Below, piece by piece: positions 37,446 to 47,326 of a stretch of 64,000 nucleotides of DNA (positions within the stretch are counted from its first letter, which is position 1; each line of letters opens with the position of its first letter). The notes beneath the pieces were generated by a model, which was not told the origin of the DNA, did no database searches, and was given only the letters and a program-made list of their open reading frames with translations. The DNA is taken from contig CAWHIJ010000003.1 of NCBI GenBank assembly GCA_963829525.1, forward strand, positions 960,001 to 1,024,000, written 5' to 3'. The position numbers were made by a program, and so were the translations under genes. Source of the stretch: an uncultured Actinomycetota bacterium (lineage in GTDB: Bacteria; Actinomycetota; Actinomycetes; JAHEKZ01).

Positions 37446-39143
37446 GTGGGAAGCACGCGTAAGAAAGCGTCGGCGTGGGCCGTCCTAGTCGGAGCATCGC
37501 TGGTTCTTGCAGCGTGCACAGGCGGGGGATCAAGCGACAACAACGCCGACACGTCCAACGCCCCCGTCAAGTTCACGTATGCCTACGAGCAGGAGTGGCA
37601 GGCATACAACACCGGCACTGCTGCGACGAATGCCAGCCAGAACGCCATCCCGATGAACCGAGTTACCCTTGGCTTTTGGTACTTCGCTCCCGATGGTTCC
37701 GTCGCTCCTGAGACCGATTTCGGTACCTACGAGAAGGTCAGTGACGACCCCCTGACCATCAACTACTCCTTCGCTGACGACGCGGTGTGGAGCGATGGTG
37801 AGCCGATCGACTGTGACGACGCTTACCTCGCCTGGTACGCCAACAGCGGCAAGACCAAGACCTTCAAGACCATCAGCACAGACGGTTACGAAGACATCAA
37901 GACCGTCCAGTGCGCCGACGGCGACAAAGACTTCACGGTCGTGTACGACAAGCCATACGCCGACTGGGTCGCCAACTTCGGTTCGATGCTCCCGGCACAC
38001 GTAGTCGAGAAGCAGGCCGGCATTGACGACCTGATCAAGGCAATCGATGACAACGACCCCAAGCTGGATGCCGCAGGTGACTTCTGGACCAAGGGCTGGG
38101 TCTTCAAGCCCGGTGAGCTGCCGGACCCGTCACTCATCCCGTCGTCCGGGCCATACAAGCTCTCCAAGTGGGAATCGGGCAACAGCCTGACGCTCGCGGC
38201 GAATGAGAACTTCTACGGCGACGCCCCGCTGGCGGACACGGTTGTCATCCGCTTCATTGCCGCCACGTCACAGGCTCAGGCCTTGGAGAATGGCGAGATC
38301 CAGGCGATGGATCCGCAACCGAACCCTGACCTGCAAAAGCAGCTCCAGCAGCTTGGCGACTCGATTGTCTTTGAGACGAAGGACCAGTTCACCTGGGAGC
38401 ACTACGACTTCAACTTCAAGGGTGCGTTCGGCGACAAGGCACTCCGCGAAGCGTTCGCGCTCTGCCTTCCCCGACAGACCATCGTCGACAACTTGATCAA
38501 GCCGGACAATCCCGACGCGATCGTGTTGAACTCGCGCTACTTCCTCCCGTTCCAGCCCGATTACCAAGAAGTAGCTGACGCGATCACTCCGGCGGAATAC
38601 GCCACGCAGGACATCGCAAAGGCCAAGCAGATCCTTGAAGATGCCAACGCGGTAGGGACCCAGCTTCGACTCGGTTACATCTTGCCGAATGACCGGCGTG
38701 CAGCTGAGGCACAGCTGGTCGTGGATGCATGTGGTCCGAAGGGCGCTGGCTTCGACGTGGTGGACGAGGGAGATAAGACCTTCTTCAACGCCGATGGAGC
38801 TCTTGTCACCGGCAACTTCGACGTTGCCCTGTTCGCCTGGGCCGGTTCCCCGCTGGTGACCGGTTCGTCATCCATCTACGTGACCGACGGTGGAAGCAAC
38901 TACGGCAAGTACTCGAACAAGAAGGTCGACGAGTTGATCAACACGCTCAACCAGACCTCCGACCCCGAGGCACAGAAGCAGATCATCATCGAGATGGAAA
39001 CCATCCTCTGGGACGATCTGGCCACTATCCCCGTGTTCGCATTCCCCGGCATTGTCGCCTATCAGGCCAATGCCCAGGGTGTGGAGTACAACGCCACGCA
39101 GGCTGGTCTGACCTGGAACATGCAGGACTGGACCATCTCCTAA
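37446..39143 (+). CDS. ABC transporter substrate-binding lipoprotein (family 5, peptide/nickel)
   Basis: Lipobox LAAC; motifs WSDGEPIDCDD, SSGPYKL and LREAFALC. Confidence 0.93.
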   Translation: MGSTRKKASAWAVLVGASLVLAACTGGGSSDNNADTSNAPVKFTYAYEQEWQAYNTGTAATNASQNAIPMNRVTLGFWYFAPDGSVAPETDFGTYEKVSDDPLTINYSFADDAVWSDGEPIDCDDAYLAWYANSGKTKTFKTISTDGYEDIKTVQCADGDKDFTVVYDKPYADWVANFGSMLPAHVVEKQAGIDDLIKAIDDNDPKLDAAGDFWTKGWVFKPGELPDPSLIPSSGPYKLSKWESGNSLTLAANENFYGDAPLADTVVIRFIAATSQAQALENGEIQAMDPQPNPDLQKQLQQLGDSIVFETKDQFTWEHYDFNFKGAFGDKALREAFALCLPRQTIVDNLIKPDNPDAIVLNSRYFLPFQPDYQEVADAITPAEYATQDIAKAKQILEDANAVGTQLRLGYILPNDRRAAEAQLVVDACGPKGAGFDVVDEGDKTFFNADGALVTGNFDVALFAWAGSPLVTGSSSIYVTDGGSNYGKYSNKKVDELINTLNQTSDPEAQKQIIIEMETILWDDLATIPVFAFPGIVAYQANAQGVEYNATQAGLTWNMQDWTIS

Positions 39144-39154
39144 AGTTGTGACGC

Positions 39155-39192
39155 GGCGGGTGGTGGTGTCGATTCCGACGCCACCACCCGCC
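39155..39192 (+). terminator. Stem-loop after SBP gene (terminator or mRNA stabiliser)
   Basis: GGCGGGTGGTGGTGTCG-ATTC-CGACGCCACCACCCGCC. Confidence 0.75.
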
Positions 39193-39246
39193 AATCAACG
39201 TCTAGCAGGACCGGCAACGCCGGTACCTAACTAGGGAGGGAGCCGA

Positions 39247-40780
39247 GTGGCTGCGTACATCATCCGTCGGGTTTTGGCGTCCCTGTTGATCCTGTTGGCC
39301 GCGACGTTCTTAATGTTCGCTTTGGTCAGTCTGAGCGGCGACCCGTTGGCTGAGTTCGTCAACAACCCCGATCCGGACCAGAAGGCTCTCCTGATCCAGG
39401 CACGGACCGAGGCGCTCAACCTCGACAAGCCGTTCCTCGTCCAGTACCTCCTGTGGCTCGGCGGTGCGGTGGGCTGCATCGTCCCCGGGATGGGGTGTGA
39501 CTTAGGCGTCAACCTCAGCAACCAGCCGGTGACGTCGCTTCTCTCCGATGCATTCCCCACGACGCTGCAGCTCGTCTTGGCCGCAACGGTGTTGTCGATC
39601 GTGTTGGGTGTCGCAATCGGAATCATCTCGGCGATCCGCCAGTACAGCGCTTTCGACTACACCATCACCTTCGCGGCATTCCTCTTCTTCTCGCTCCCGA
39701 TCTTTTGGGTCGCAGTGCTGCTGAAGGAGTTCGGCGCCATCAAGATCAACAACTGGTTGGCCGGATCCGGCCGTCACCATCCCAGTGGCGCTGGTGATGG
39801 CCGGGTTTAGCGCACTCTTCTTCAGCGCCATCATTGGTGGCACCCGAAAACGGCGAACCCTGGTAGCGCTCGCGGCCGCAGTGGGGGGCGTTGCCGTGTT
39901 TGCTCTCCTCGTCACTTCTGGGTGGTTCGTAAACCCGGGTATGGGCCCTGGCCTTGTCACGCTGGGAGCTCTGGCGGGCGCAGTGGGAGCGACACTTCTG
40001 TTCACCAACCTGGAGAACCGCCGGGTCTTGTTCATCTCGCTGGCCACTGCTGTCGTAGGCGTTGTGATCGCCTATAGCGCGACTCCCTTGCTTGAGGACC
40101 CTTCTTGGTTCACTTTGTTTGGGCTCGGCGTTGTCGCGACCCTTGTTGGTGTCGGTATTGCAGCGCTCTTCGGTGACATCGATCGAGCAGCAGCGATCAG
40201 GGCGTCGGTTGTTACCTCTGTCATTGTTGGGCTTCTTGTCTTCATGGACAAGACGATCTCGAGCTTTGCGGCTTACTCAGCGTCTGTGAACGGACGCCCA
40301 ATCGCCACGGTCGGAAGCAAGACCCCGAACTTCGAGGGAACCTTCTGGGAGACGACCCTCGACACCATGACGCACCTGGCACTGCCGACGATCGCGATCA
40401 TGTTGATTTCTTTTGCGGGTTACAGTCGCTACTCGCGAGCCTCGATGCTCGAGGTGATGAATGCCGACTACGTACGTACGGCGCGTGCCAAGGGCTTGAC
40501 CGAGCGGACCGTGGTGCTGCGCCACGCTTTCCGCAACGCCCTGATCCCCATCGCAACGCTGGCGGCGCTCGATTTCGGTGCCGTCATCGGTGGCGCGATC
40601 ATCACCGAGACGGTCTTCGGGTGGAAGGGTATGGGCGTGCTCTTTACTTCGGCGGTGGGCAACTTCGACACCTACCAGATCATGGGGGTCTTCATCGTGA
40701 CCGCAATTGCGGTGCTGATCTTCAACCTGATCGCCGACATCAGTTACGCCGTGCTCGACCCAAGAATCAGGCTCTCATGA
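39247..40780 (+). CDS. ABC permease (DppB/OppB-like), +1 frameshift near 39762
   Basis: N-half YIIRR...FSLPIFWVA and C-half RASMLEV...ARAKGL...HAFRNAL. Removing one base gives NWLADPAVTIPVALV. Confidence 0.85.
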
Positions 40781-40808
40781 GAGCGCAGCGAGCCCTGGGG
40801 GTACACCA

Positions 40809-41796
40809 ATGAGCTTGTCCAACTTGCGTCTTGAGCCTGAGACTCAAAGCTGACACCCCCGAGCGCGAGTTCACCATCAAAGCGCGCACCCAAGGCCAGA
40901 TGGTTCGCGCTCGGTTCTTCCGCCACCGCGGCGCAATGATCGGCTTCGGCGCGATTATGTTCGTTGTGATCATCGCTTATACATCGATTGGGTTCGGGCC
41001 GATCCCGGGATGGTGGGGCCTCGACTTTTCGTCGACGGGCGAATTGGTGAATGAAGGAAGGCCGACCCTTGACTTGATTCCTTTCGTCGATGGTGATGGT
41101 CTCACCATTGGCGCCCACCCCTTCGGACAAGACACGATCGGTCGTGACTACTTCGCCCTGACGATGCGAGGGACGCAGATCTCGCTGATGGTTGCTTTCG
41201 TTATTGGCATCCTTTCAACATTTCTGGGCACGGTGGCCGGAGCGATCTCTGGGTACTACGGCGGCAAGTCTGAGGCGGTGATCATGCGGTTTACCGACCT
41301 CCTGCTCACCATCCCGGTGCTGATCGTTGCGGCGGTAGTCGGGCAGGGATTCGGCGACAGCGGTCCGTTCTTCCTTGCGGTTGTTCTGTCCCTTCTGATC
41401 TGGACGTATCTGGCCAGATTGGTTCGGGGTGAGTTCTTGTCGCTGCGTGAGAAGGAGTTCGTCGAGGCGGCGCGAGCCATGGGGGCGTCATCGACCCGCA
41501 TCATTTTCAGACACATGCTGCCGAACTGCATCGGTACCATCATCGTCAGCGCGACATTGACGATCGCTGCTGCCATTCTGATCGAAGCGGCACTCAGCTA
41601 CCTCGGGTTCGGCGTTCAGTCTCCCGATACGTCTCTAGGACTGCTCATCTCGACGTACCAGACCGCCTTCAGTACCCGACCGTGGCTCTTCTGGTGGCCA
41701 GGTCTTTTCATCATCACCATCGCGCTCTCGGTCAACTTCATCGGAGATGGACTACGCGACGCCTTCGACCCCAGGCAGACCAGGGTGCGTGCTTGA
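40809..41796 (+). CDS. ABC permease (DppC/OppC-like); possible +1 frameshift at 40846-40848
   Basis: Motifs HPFGQDTIGRD, EFVEAARAMGAS and HMLPN. ATG 40809 joins the main frame if one A is removed; otherwise TTG 40831 is the start. Confidence 0.88.
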
Positions 41797-42818
41797 TGAG
41801 CACTGAGATTCTCAACGTCAGCGACCTCACCGTCGGTTTCCCCACCGACGACGGGTTGGTCACCGCGGTTCGCGGTGTGTCGTACTCGCTGAAGGAGCGC
41901 GAAGTCCTGGCGATTGTAGGGGAATCCGGCTCGGGCAAGTCGGTGTCGGCGATGGCACTCATGGGGCTGCTGCCCAAGACTGCCCGCATCACCGGAAGCA
42001 TCCGCTTCCGCGATGAAGAAGTCCTCGACATGACACCGAGGCGCTACAGGGAGATACGCGGCCAGAACATCGCCATGATCTTCCAAGATCCGATGACATC
42101 GATGAATCCGGTGTACACCGTTGGCGACCAGCTCGCCGAGGCGTATCGATCGCACCACCGGGTCGAGCGGAAGGTAGCGCTGGGAAAGGCGGTCGAGATG
42201 CTTGACCGAGTGGGCATCCCCCAGGCCAAGGATCGTGCGCGCTCCTACCCGCACGAGTTCTCCGGGGGTATGCGTCAACGGGCGATGATTGCGATGGCGA
42301 TCATCAACAGCCCCGACATCATCATCGCCGATGAGCCGACCACGGCGCTTGACGTCACCGTCCAGGCACAGATCCTCGAAACGCTGGTCGAGGTCAAGGA
42401 CTCGGTCAACGCAGCGGTCATCTTGATCACCCATGACCTCGGCGTGGTCGCGGGGATGGCTCACCGGGTGCTGGTCATGTATGCCGGGCGAGGGGTCGAG
42501 AGGTGCGATGTCGAAGACATCTACCGGCGGCCGCGGATGCCCTACACCGCAGGACTTCTGGGATCCATCCCCGCACTGGACAGCGCAGGCGGCAAACTGC
42601 ATCCGATTGCCGGCGCCCCGCCGTCACTGATCAACCTTCCGGCGGGCTGCCCGTTCTCCCCGCGCTGCCCGCTGGTGAGTGACCGCTGTCAGATCGAGGA
42701 GCCGCAGCTTCTCCCGACCGATTTGGCGCACCACGAGGTTGCCTGCCACAACTGGGAGCAGGTCGCCGCAGCACCTGACCCGACGCTGATCTTCCGCACT
42801 GAGGCGGTGGAGGCGTGA
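41796..42818 (+). CDS. ABC ATP-binding protein (DppD-like)
   Basis: GESGSGKS, FSGGMRQR, DEPTTALD and the C-terminal GCPFSPRC. Confidence 0.95.
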   Translation: MSTEILNVSDLTVGFPTDDGLVTAVRGVSYSLKEREVLAIVGESGSGKSVSAMALMGLLPKTARITGSIRFRDEEVLDMTPRRYREIRGQNIAMIFQDPMTSMNPVYTVGDQLAEAYRSHHRVERKVALGKAVEMLDRVGIPQAKDRARSYPHEFSGGMRQRAMIAMAIINSPDIIIADEPTTALDVTVQAQILETLVEVKDSVNAAVILITHDLGVVAGMAHRVLVMYAGRGVERCDVEDIYRRPRMPYTAGLLGSIPALDSAGGKLHPIAGAPPSLINLPAGCPFSPRCPLVSDRCQIEEPQLLPTDLAHHEVACHNWEQVAAAPDPTLIFRTEAVEA

Positions 42819-43831
42819 CGCAGGCTGACGACACAGCAGCGACATCAAGTCACTTGCTCGAGGTGGAGAACCTCGTCAAGGAGTTCCCGGTCAAGGGCGG
42901 GGGGCTGATTCGGCGGACAGTTGGCGCTGTGCAGGCAGTTTCCGACGTCAGCTTCCACCTCGACTCAGGGGAGACTCTCGGGTTGGTCGGAGAGTCTGGC
43001 TGCGGGAAGTCGACCACCGGTCGAGCTGTGCTCCAGCTGCACAAGCCGACGTCAGGGTCGGTTCGTTACAACGGCCGTGAGCTGACGACGCTGTCGCAGA
43101 AGGAGATGCGACCGGTTCGCCGTGACCTGCAGATCGTCTTCCAGGACCCCTACGCGTCACTCAATCCGAAGATGCCGGTCAACGACATCGTCGGCGAGCC
43201 CATGCGAGTCCATGGGATCCGTGGACCTCAGGTGATGGATCGGGTGGCCGATCTGCTCGAGCGGGTAGGGCTGAATCCCGAGCACGGCAATCGCTATCCC
43301 CATGAGTTCTCTGGTGGGCAGCGACAACGCGTGGGGGTGGCTCGCGCACTGGCCCTTGACCCGAAGATCATCATCTTGGACGAGCCGGTCTCAGCACTCG
43401 ACGTCTCCGTGCAGGCGGGCATCGTGAACCTGCTGGAGGAGCTGCAGGAACAGCTCGGTCTGGCCTACCTGTTCATCGCTCACGACCTGTCGGTCATTCG
43501 GCACATCTCCGACCGAGTTGCGGTGATGTATCTGGGTCGGATCGTCGAGATTGGTACCCGTAACGAGGTGTACGAGCAGTCGTCCCACCCGTACACGCAG
43601 GCGCTGCTCTCGTCGGCGCCGATTGCTGACCCGGACAAGGAGCGCGCCCGCGAGCGGATCGTTCTCGAGGGCGACGTCCCGAGCCCGGTAGATCCACCGT
43701 CCGGCTGCCGGTTCCGCACCCGGTGCTGGAAGGCACAGGACATCTGCGCGACCGAGACCCCCGCACTGGTTGACCGCGGTATGGGGCACCCAGTGGCTTG
43801 CCACTTCGCCGAGGTGCGCGAAGTCGTCTAG
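42815..43831 (+). CDS. ABC ATP-binding protein (DppF-like)
   Basis: GESGCGKS, FSGGQRQR, DEPVSALD and PSGCRFRTRC. Confidence 0.95.
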   Translation: MTQADDTAATSSHLLEVENLVKEFPVKGGGLIRRTVGAVQAVSDVSFHLDSGETLGLVGESGCGKSTTGRAVLQLHKPTSGSVRYNGRELTTLSQKEMRPVRRDLQIVFQDPYASLNPKMPVNDIVGEPMRVHGIRGPQVMDRVADLLERVGLNPEHGNRYPHEFSGGQRQRVGVARALALDPKIIILDEPVSALDVSVQAGIVNLLEELQEQLGLAYLFIAHDLSVIRHISDRVAVMYLGRIVEIGTRNEVYEQSSHPYTQALLSSAPIADPDKERARERIVLEGDVPSPVDPPSGCRFRTRCWKAQDICATETPALVDRGMGHPVACHFAEVREVV

Positions 43832-43844
43832 GGGGTCAGGACCG

Positions 43845-44856
43845 TCAGGGGCGGTTGCGCCCTGGCTGTCGCATCTGTTTGTGAAGCGACTTCCAGCGGG
43901 CCCGCTCTGCGGCGGCGAGGCGGGCATCGCCCCGGCGTTCTTGGTAGGCGGCCTCGCGAAGGAGTTTTCGGTAGCTGTCGAGCCGCCGCGTCGGCAGAGC
44001 ACCGGATTCAATCGCGGCCAGAACGGCGCAACCTGGCTCGGTGCGGTGTTCGCAGTCGGTGAAGCGACATGATTCGGCAAGCTCACCGATCTCAGCGAAC
44101 ACCTGGTCCAGGCCGTCAGTGCTGGCCAAGCCGATGCTGCGCAGCCCAGGCGTATCGATGACGTACGAGCCGTCGTCGAGAACGTGAAGCTCGCGATGTG
44201 CGGTGGTGTGTCGACCTTTGCCGTCATCGCGAACATGGCTGACCGCCATGGCATGCGGAGCCAAGCAGCGCGTTGAGCAACGTGGACTTGCCTGCGCCGG
44301 ATGGTCCGAGCAGCACGAGGGCCTGACCAGGGTCTGTCAGGGAACCGACGGCGGCCACGCCGACGTTGCTCGGGATGCTGACCGTGACAACCGTGGCACC
44401 CAAGGCGAGTGCCCTGACGTCCGCGGCGGTGCGATCGACATCTGGGTCAAGGTCCGCCTTCGTCAGCAGGACAGCCGGCTGTGCGCCGCACTCCCATGCG
44501 AGCGCGAGCAGCCGCTCGACACGTCCTGCGGCTGGCGCCGGATGGCAGGGTTCGCAGATGGCCAGAACGTCGACGTTGGCAGCGAGTACTTGCTGCTGGC
44601 TGCTGCCTGGCTCGACCGAGGCTCGCGTGACGGCATTGCGGCGGGGGAGCACGGTGTCGAGCCAGGTCTGGTCGCCGTCGAGGCGCAGCAGCACCTCGTC
44701 GCCAACACAAGGGACGGCGTCCAGTGAGTGGCTGGCCTCAGCTGACACCGCAGCCGACCAACGGGCGCGGGTGCTTCCGGCGGGCGTCAGGACGTCGCAG
44801 ATCCCTCGGTCGACGCGGCTGACCCGGCCATGTGGCGCGGGTGGGGTCGGATGCAT
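43845..44856 (-). CDS. rsgA: Ribosome small-subunit-dependent GTPase A, +1 frameshift near 44255
   Basis: TKAD and GPSGAGKSTLLN lie in one frame; GRHTT, IDTPG and the Zn finger CRFTDCEHRTEPGC lie in the next. Confidence 0.88.
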
Positions 44857-44908
44857 GCTGCGAAGGTAGGAGCAGTGGGACGATCTGCGCCATTGGATTA
44901 TGCTGGAA

Positions 44909-44926
44909 TACTTGAATCATCAAGTA
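44909..44926. promoter_or_regulatory. Palindromic operator upstream of pirin
   Basis: TACTTGA-ATCA-TCAAGTA. Confidence 0.65.
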
Positions 44927-44969
44927 AGTTCTGCAGGGTGAGACCCTACCGTCTGAAAAGGAGGCTGCC

Positions 44970-45932
44970 GTGCCTGCGGTGACCGTCGACGATATCCTGA
45001 CCCTTCCGCGGATCCGCGAGGTTGACCTAGCCGTCGATCAACCGCGTCCAATCCAGAGCGTCACCTCGGCGCCGACGGGCCTCGAGGGCGAGGGCTTCCC
45101 GGTCCGCCGAGCGTTCGCCGGAGTCGACCTCCGTGCGCTGGACCCGTTCATCCACATGGACCAGATGGGTGAGGTCGAGTACGCGCCGGGGGAGCCCAAG
45201 GGGACGCCGTGGCATCCACACCGCGGGTTCGAGACGGTCACCTATATGATCGACGGACTCATGCAGCACCAGGATTCCAACGGTGGCGGCGGCATGATCA
45301 GCGACGGTGACACCCAGTGGATGACTGCTGGCTCCGGCATCTTGCACATCGAGGCTCCGCCCGAGCAAGTGGTGGTATCGGGCGGTCTCTTCCATGGGCT
45401 GCAGCTCTGGGTCAACCTGCCGAGCGCGTTGAAGATGGCACAACCGCGCTATCAGGACATCACTTCGAGCAAGGTCAGCCTGCTGACCTCTCCCGATGGA
45501 GGTGCCCTGGTGCGGCTGATTGCCGGCGATCTGGACGGCCATGCCGGTCCGGGCGCTACCTACACCCCGATCACTCTGGTGCACGCCACCATCGCGCCGG
45601 GCGCCTCGCTCACGCTCCCCTGGCGAGAAGACTTCAACGCTTTGGTCTACGGGCTCTCTGGCAAGGGCTCGGTGGGCGCCGAGCGGCGTCCGATGTCATG
45701 GGGCCAGTTGGCTGTCTATGGGGGAGGCACCTCGCTGACGGTCGCTGCGGACGAGCGTCAGGACGCTCGTGACTCGGCATTCGACGTCTATATCCTCGGC
45801 GGTCAGCCGATCCGCGAACCCGTCGCCGCATACGGCCCCTTCGTGATGAACACCAAGGCCGAGCTCATCGAAGCCTTCGAGGACTTCCAGGCCGGCCGTC
45901 TCGGAACGATCCCGGCATCCCCGGACGCATAA
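44970..45932 (+). CDS. Pirin-family bicupin
   Basis: Motifs DPFIHMD, HPHRGFETVTY, WMTAGSGILHIE, QLWVNLP and GPFVMN. Confidence 0.95.
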   Translation: MPAVTVDDILTLPRIREVDLAVDQPRPIQSVTSAPTGLEGEGFPVRRAFAGVDLRALDPFIHMDQMGEVEYAPGEPKGTPWHPHRGFETVTYMIDGLMQHQDSNGGGGMISDGDTQWMTAGSGILHIEAPPEQVVVSGGLFHGLQLWVNLPSALKMAQPRYQDITSSKVSLLTSPDGGALVRLIAGDLDGHAGPGATYTPITLVHATIAPGASLTLPWREDFNALVYGLSGKGSVGAERRPMSWGQLAVYGGGTSLTVAADERQDARDSAFDVYILGGQPIREPVAAYGPFVMNTKAELIEAFEDFQAGRLGTIPASPDA

Positions 45933-45935
45933 CCA

Positions 45936-46673
45936 TTACACCTTGGTGCGGTCCCACCCCGGGCGGGGCGTCCGGTTGCCGACCGCTCCCGTGTTGCGGG
46001 TGCGGTAGACCACGTATGGGCGGAACAGGTAGCCCACCGGGGCGCTGAACGCGTGGACGAGGCGGGTGAACGGCCAGACGAGGAACAGCGCCATGCCGGC
46101 GAGTGCATGCACCCGGAAGGCCAAGGGCGTGTCGGCCATCAACTCCCCCTGGGGCTGCAAAATGAAGATCGACCGGAACCAGACGGAGACCGTCTCGCGG
46201 TAGTTGTAGCCATCGCCGAGCACGCCGGACCCCGTCATGGTCGCTACCAATCCAAGACAGATCGCAGCAACGAGGAAGATGTACATGACCTTGTCGTTCT
46301 TCGTGGTGGCCGCAAACACCGGGCCAGTGGTACGCCGTCGATAGATCAGCATGGCCACGCCCACCAGGGTTGCTGCGCCAGCCACTGCACCTAGTGCCAT
46401 GGCGTTGAGGTGGTAGAAGTGCTCGCTGACGCCGACCGCCTGGGTCCATGACTCCGGGATCAGCAGGCCGATGATGTGACCACCAAGCACGGCCAACATG
46501 CCGAGGTGAAAGAGCGGGCTGGCGATCCGCAGCAACGAGCGTTCATAGAGCTGCGACGACCGCGTCGTCCAGCCGAACTTGTCGTAACGAAACCGCCAGA
46601 ACATCCCGACGACGAAGACGGCGATAGTGACGTAAGGGAGCGCGTCCCACAGCAAGATCTGGGTGGTCGTCAT
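45936..46673 (-). CDS. narI: Respiratory nitrate reductase gamma subunit
   Basis: Motifs WTTRSSQLYE, LFHLG...GH and PFTRLVH. Confidence 0.96.
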   Translation of the reverse strand: MTTTQILLWDALPYVTIAVFVVGMFWRFRYDKFGWTTRSSQLYERSLLRIASPLFHLGMLAVLGGHIIGLLIPESWTQAVGVSEHFYHLNAMALGAVAGAATLVGVAMLIYRRRTTGPVFAATTKNDKVMYIFLVAAICLGLVATMTGSGVLGDGYNYRETVSVWFRSIFILQPQGELMADTPLAFRVHALAGMALFLVWPFTRLVHAFSAPVGYLFRPYVVYRTRNTGAVGNRTPRPGWDRTKV

Positions 46674-47326
46674 CGTCGGGCCCCCATCGTGGTGTCAGAG
46701 GACTGGACGCCGAACGGTGCCAGCGTGAGATCGACGGGTCCCGCCATGCCGACGCTCTCAGTCGGCGGTCCCGCCAGGGCCAACTGCTTCATGAGCAGCT
46801 CGTCTTCGGGTGTGAGGGTGCTCGTCGTTGCTAGTACGGCCGCCAACACATTGGCGTAAGGCGTCTCCATGTCGACCAGGGCCTGATGGAGCAGACCGAT
46901 GACCCCTCGGTGCTCGGCCAACAAGGCGTTCCCGAGCTCAGCGTCGTTGCAGGCGGCAAACTCAAGCACAACTGCGAGATGGTCAGGTAGCTCCTGCTCG
47001 TCAATGGTGACGCCCGCCTCGCGGTAGGCTTCTTTGAAGTGCAACAACGCCATTCCGCGGTTTCGAGTATCCCCATGCGTCCAGTAGGTCAGGTAGGGCG
47101 AGCATTTGCGACGCATGTCGAAGGTCTCGACGTAGTGCCGTTGGGCGTCCATGAGAGGTCTCTCGGCCAAGTAGTCCAGGAACTTGCTGAGAGGCGCTGA
47201 AGTCTTGCTGGGAAGAGTGCCGACCACCTGGCCAAGCTCAGGAATCAGGTCGACGAGCATCCCCTCCGGATACTGCAGCAGCAGCGAACAGATCTGCTGC
47301 GAACGAGCGCGGGCGATGGCGTTCAT
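46670..47326 (-). CDS. narJ: Nitrate reductase Mo-cofactor assembly chaperone
   Basis: Motifs LLQYP, YVETFD, GDTRNRG and ELPDHL. Confidence 0.95.
   Translation of the reverse strand: MNAIARARSQQICSLLLQYPEGMLVDLIPELGQVVGTLPSKTSAPLSKFLDYLAERPLMDAQRHYVETFDMRRKCSPYLTYWTHGDTRNRGMALLHFKEAYREAGVTIDEQELPDHLAVVLEFAACNDAELGNALLAEHRGVIGLLHQALVDMETPYANVLAAVLATTSTLTPEDELLMKQLALAGPPTESVGMAGPVDLTLAPFGVQSSDTTMGARR

Noticed and set aside
44911-44924. FNR/CRP box upstream of pirin
   Set aside because: TTGA-N4-TCAA is 2 bp shorter than TTGAT-N4-ATCAA.
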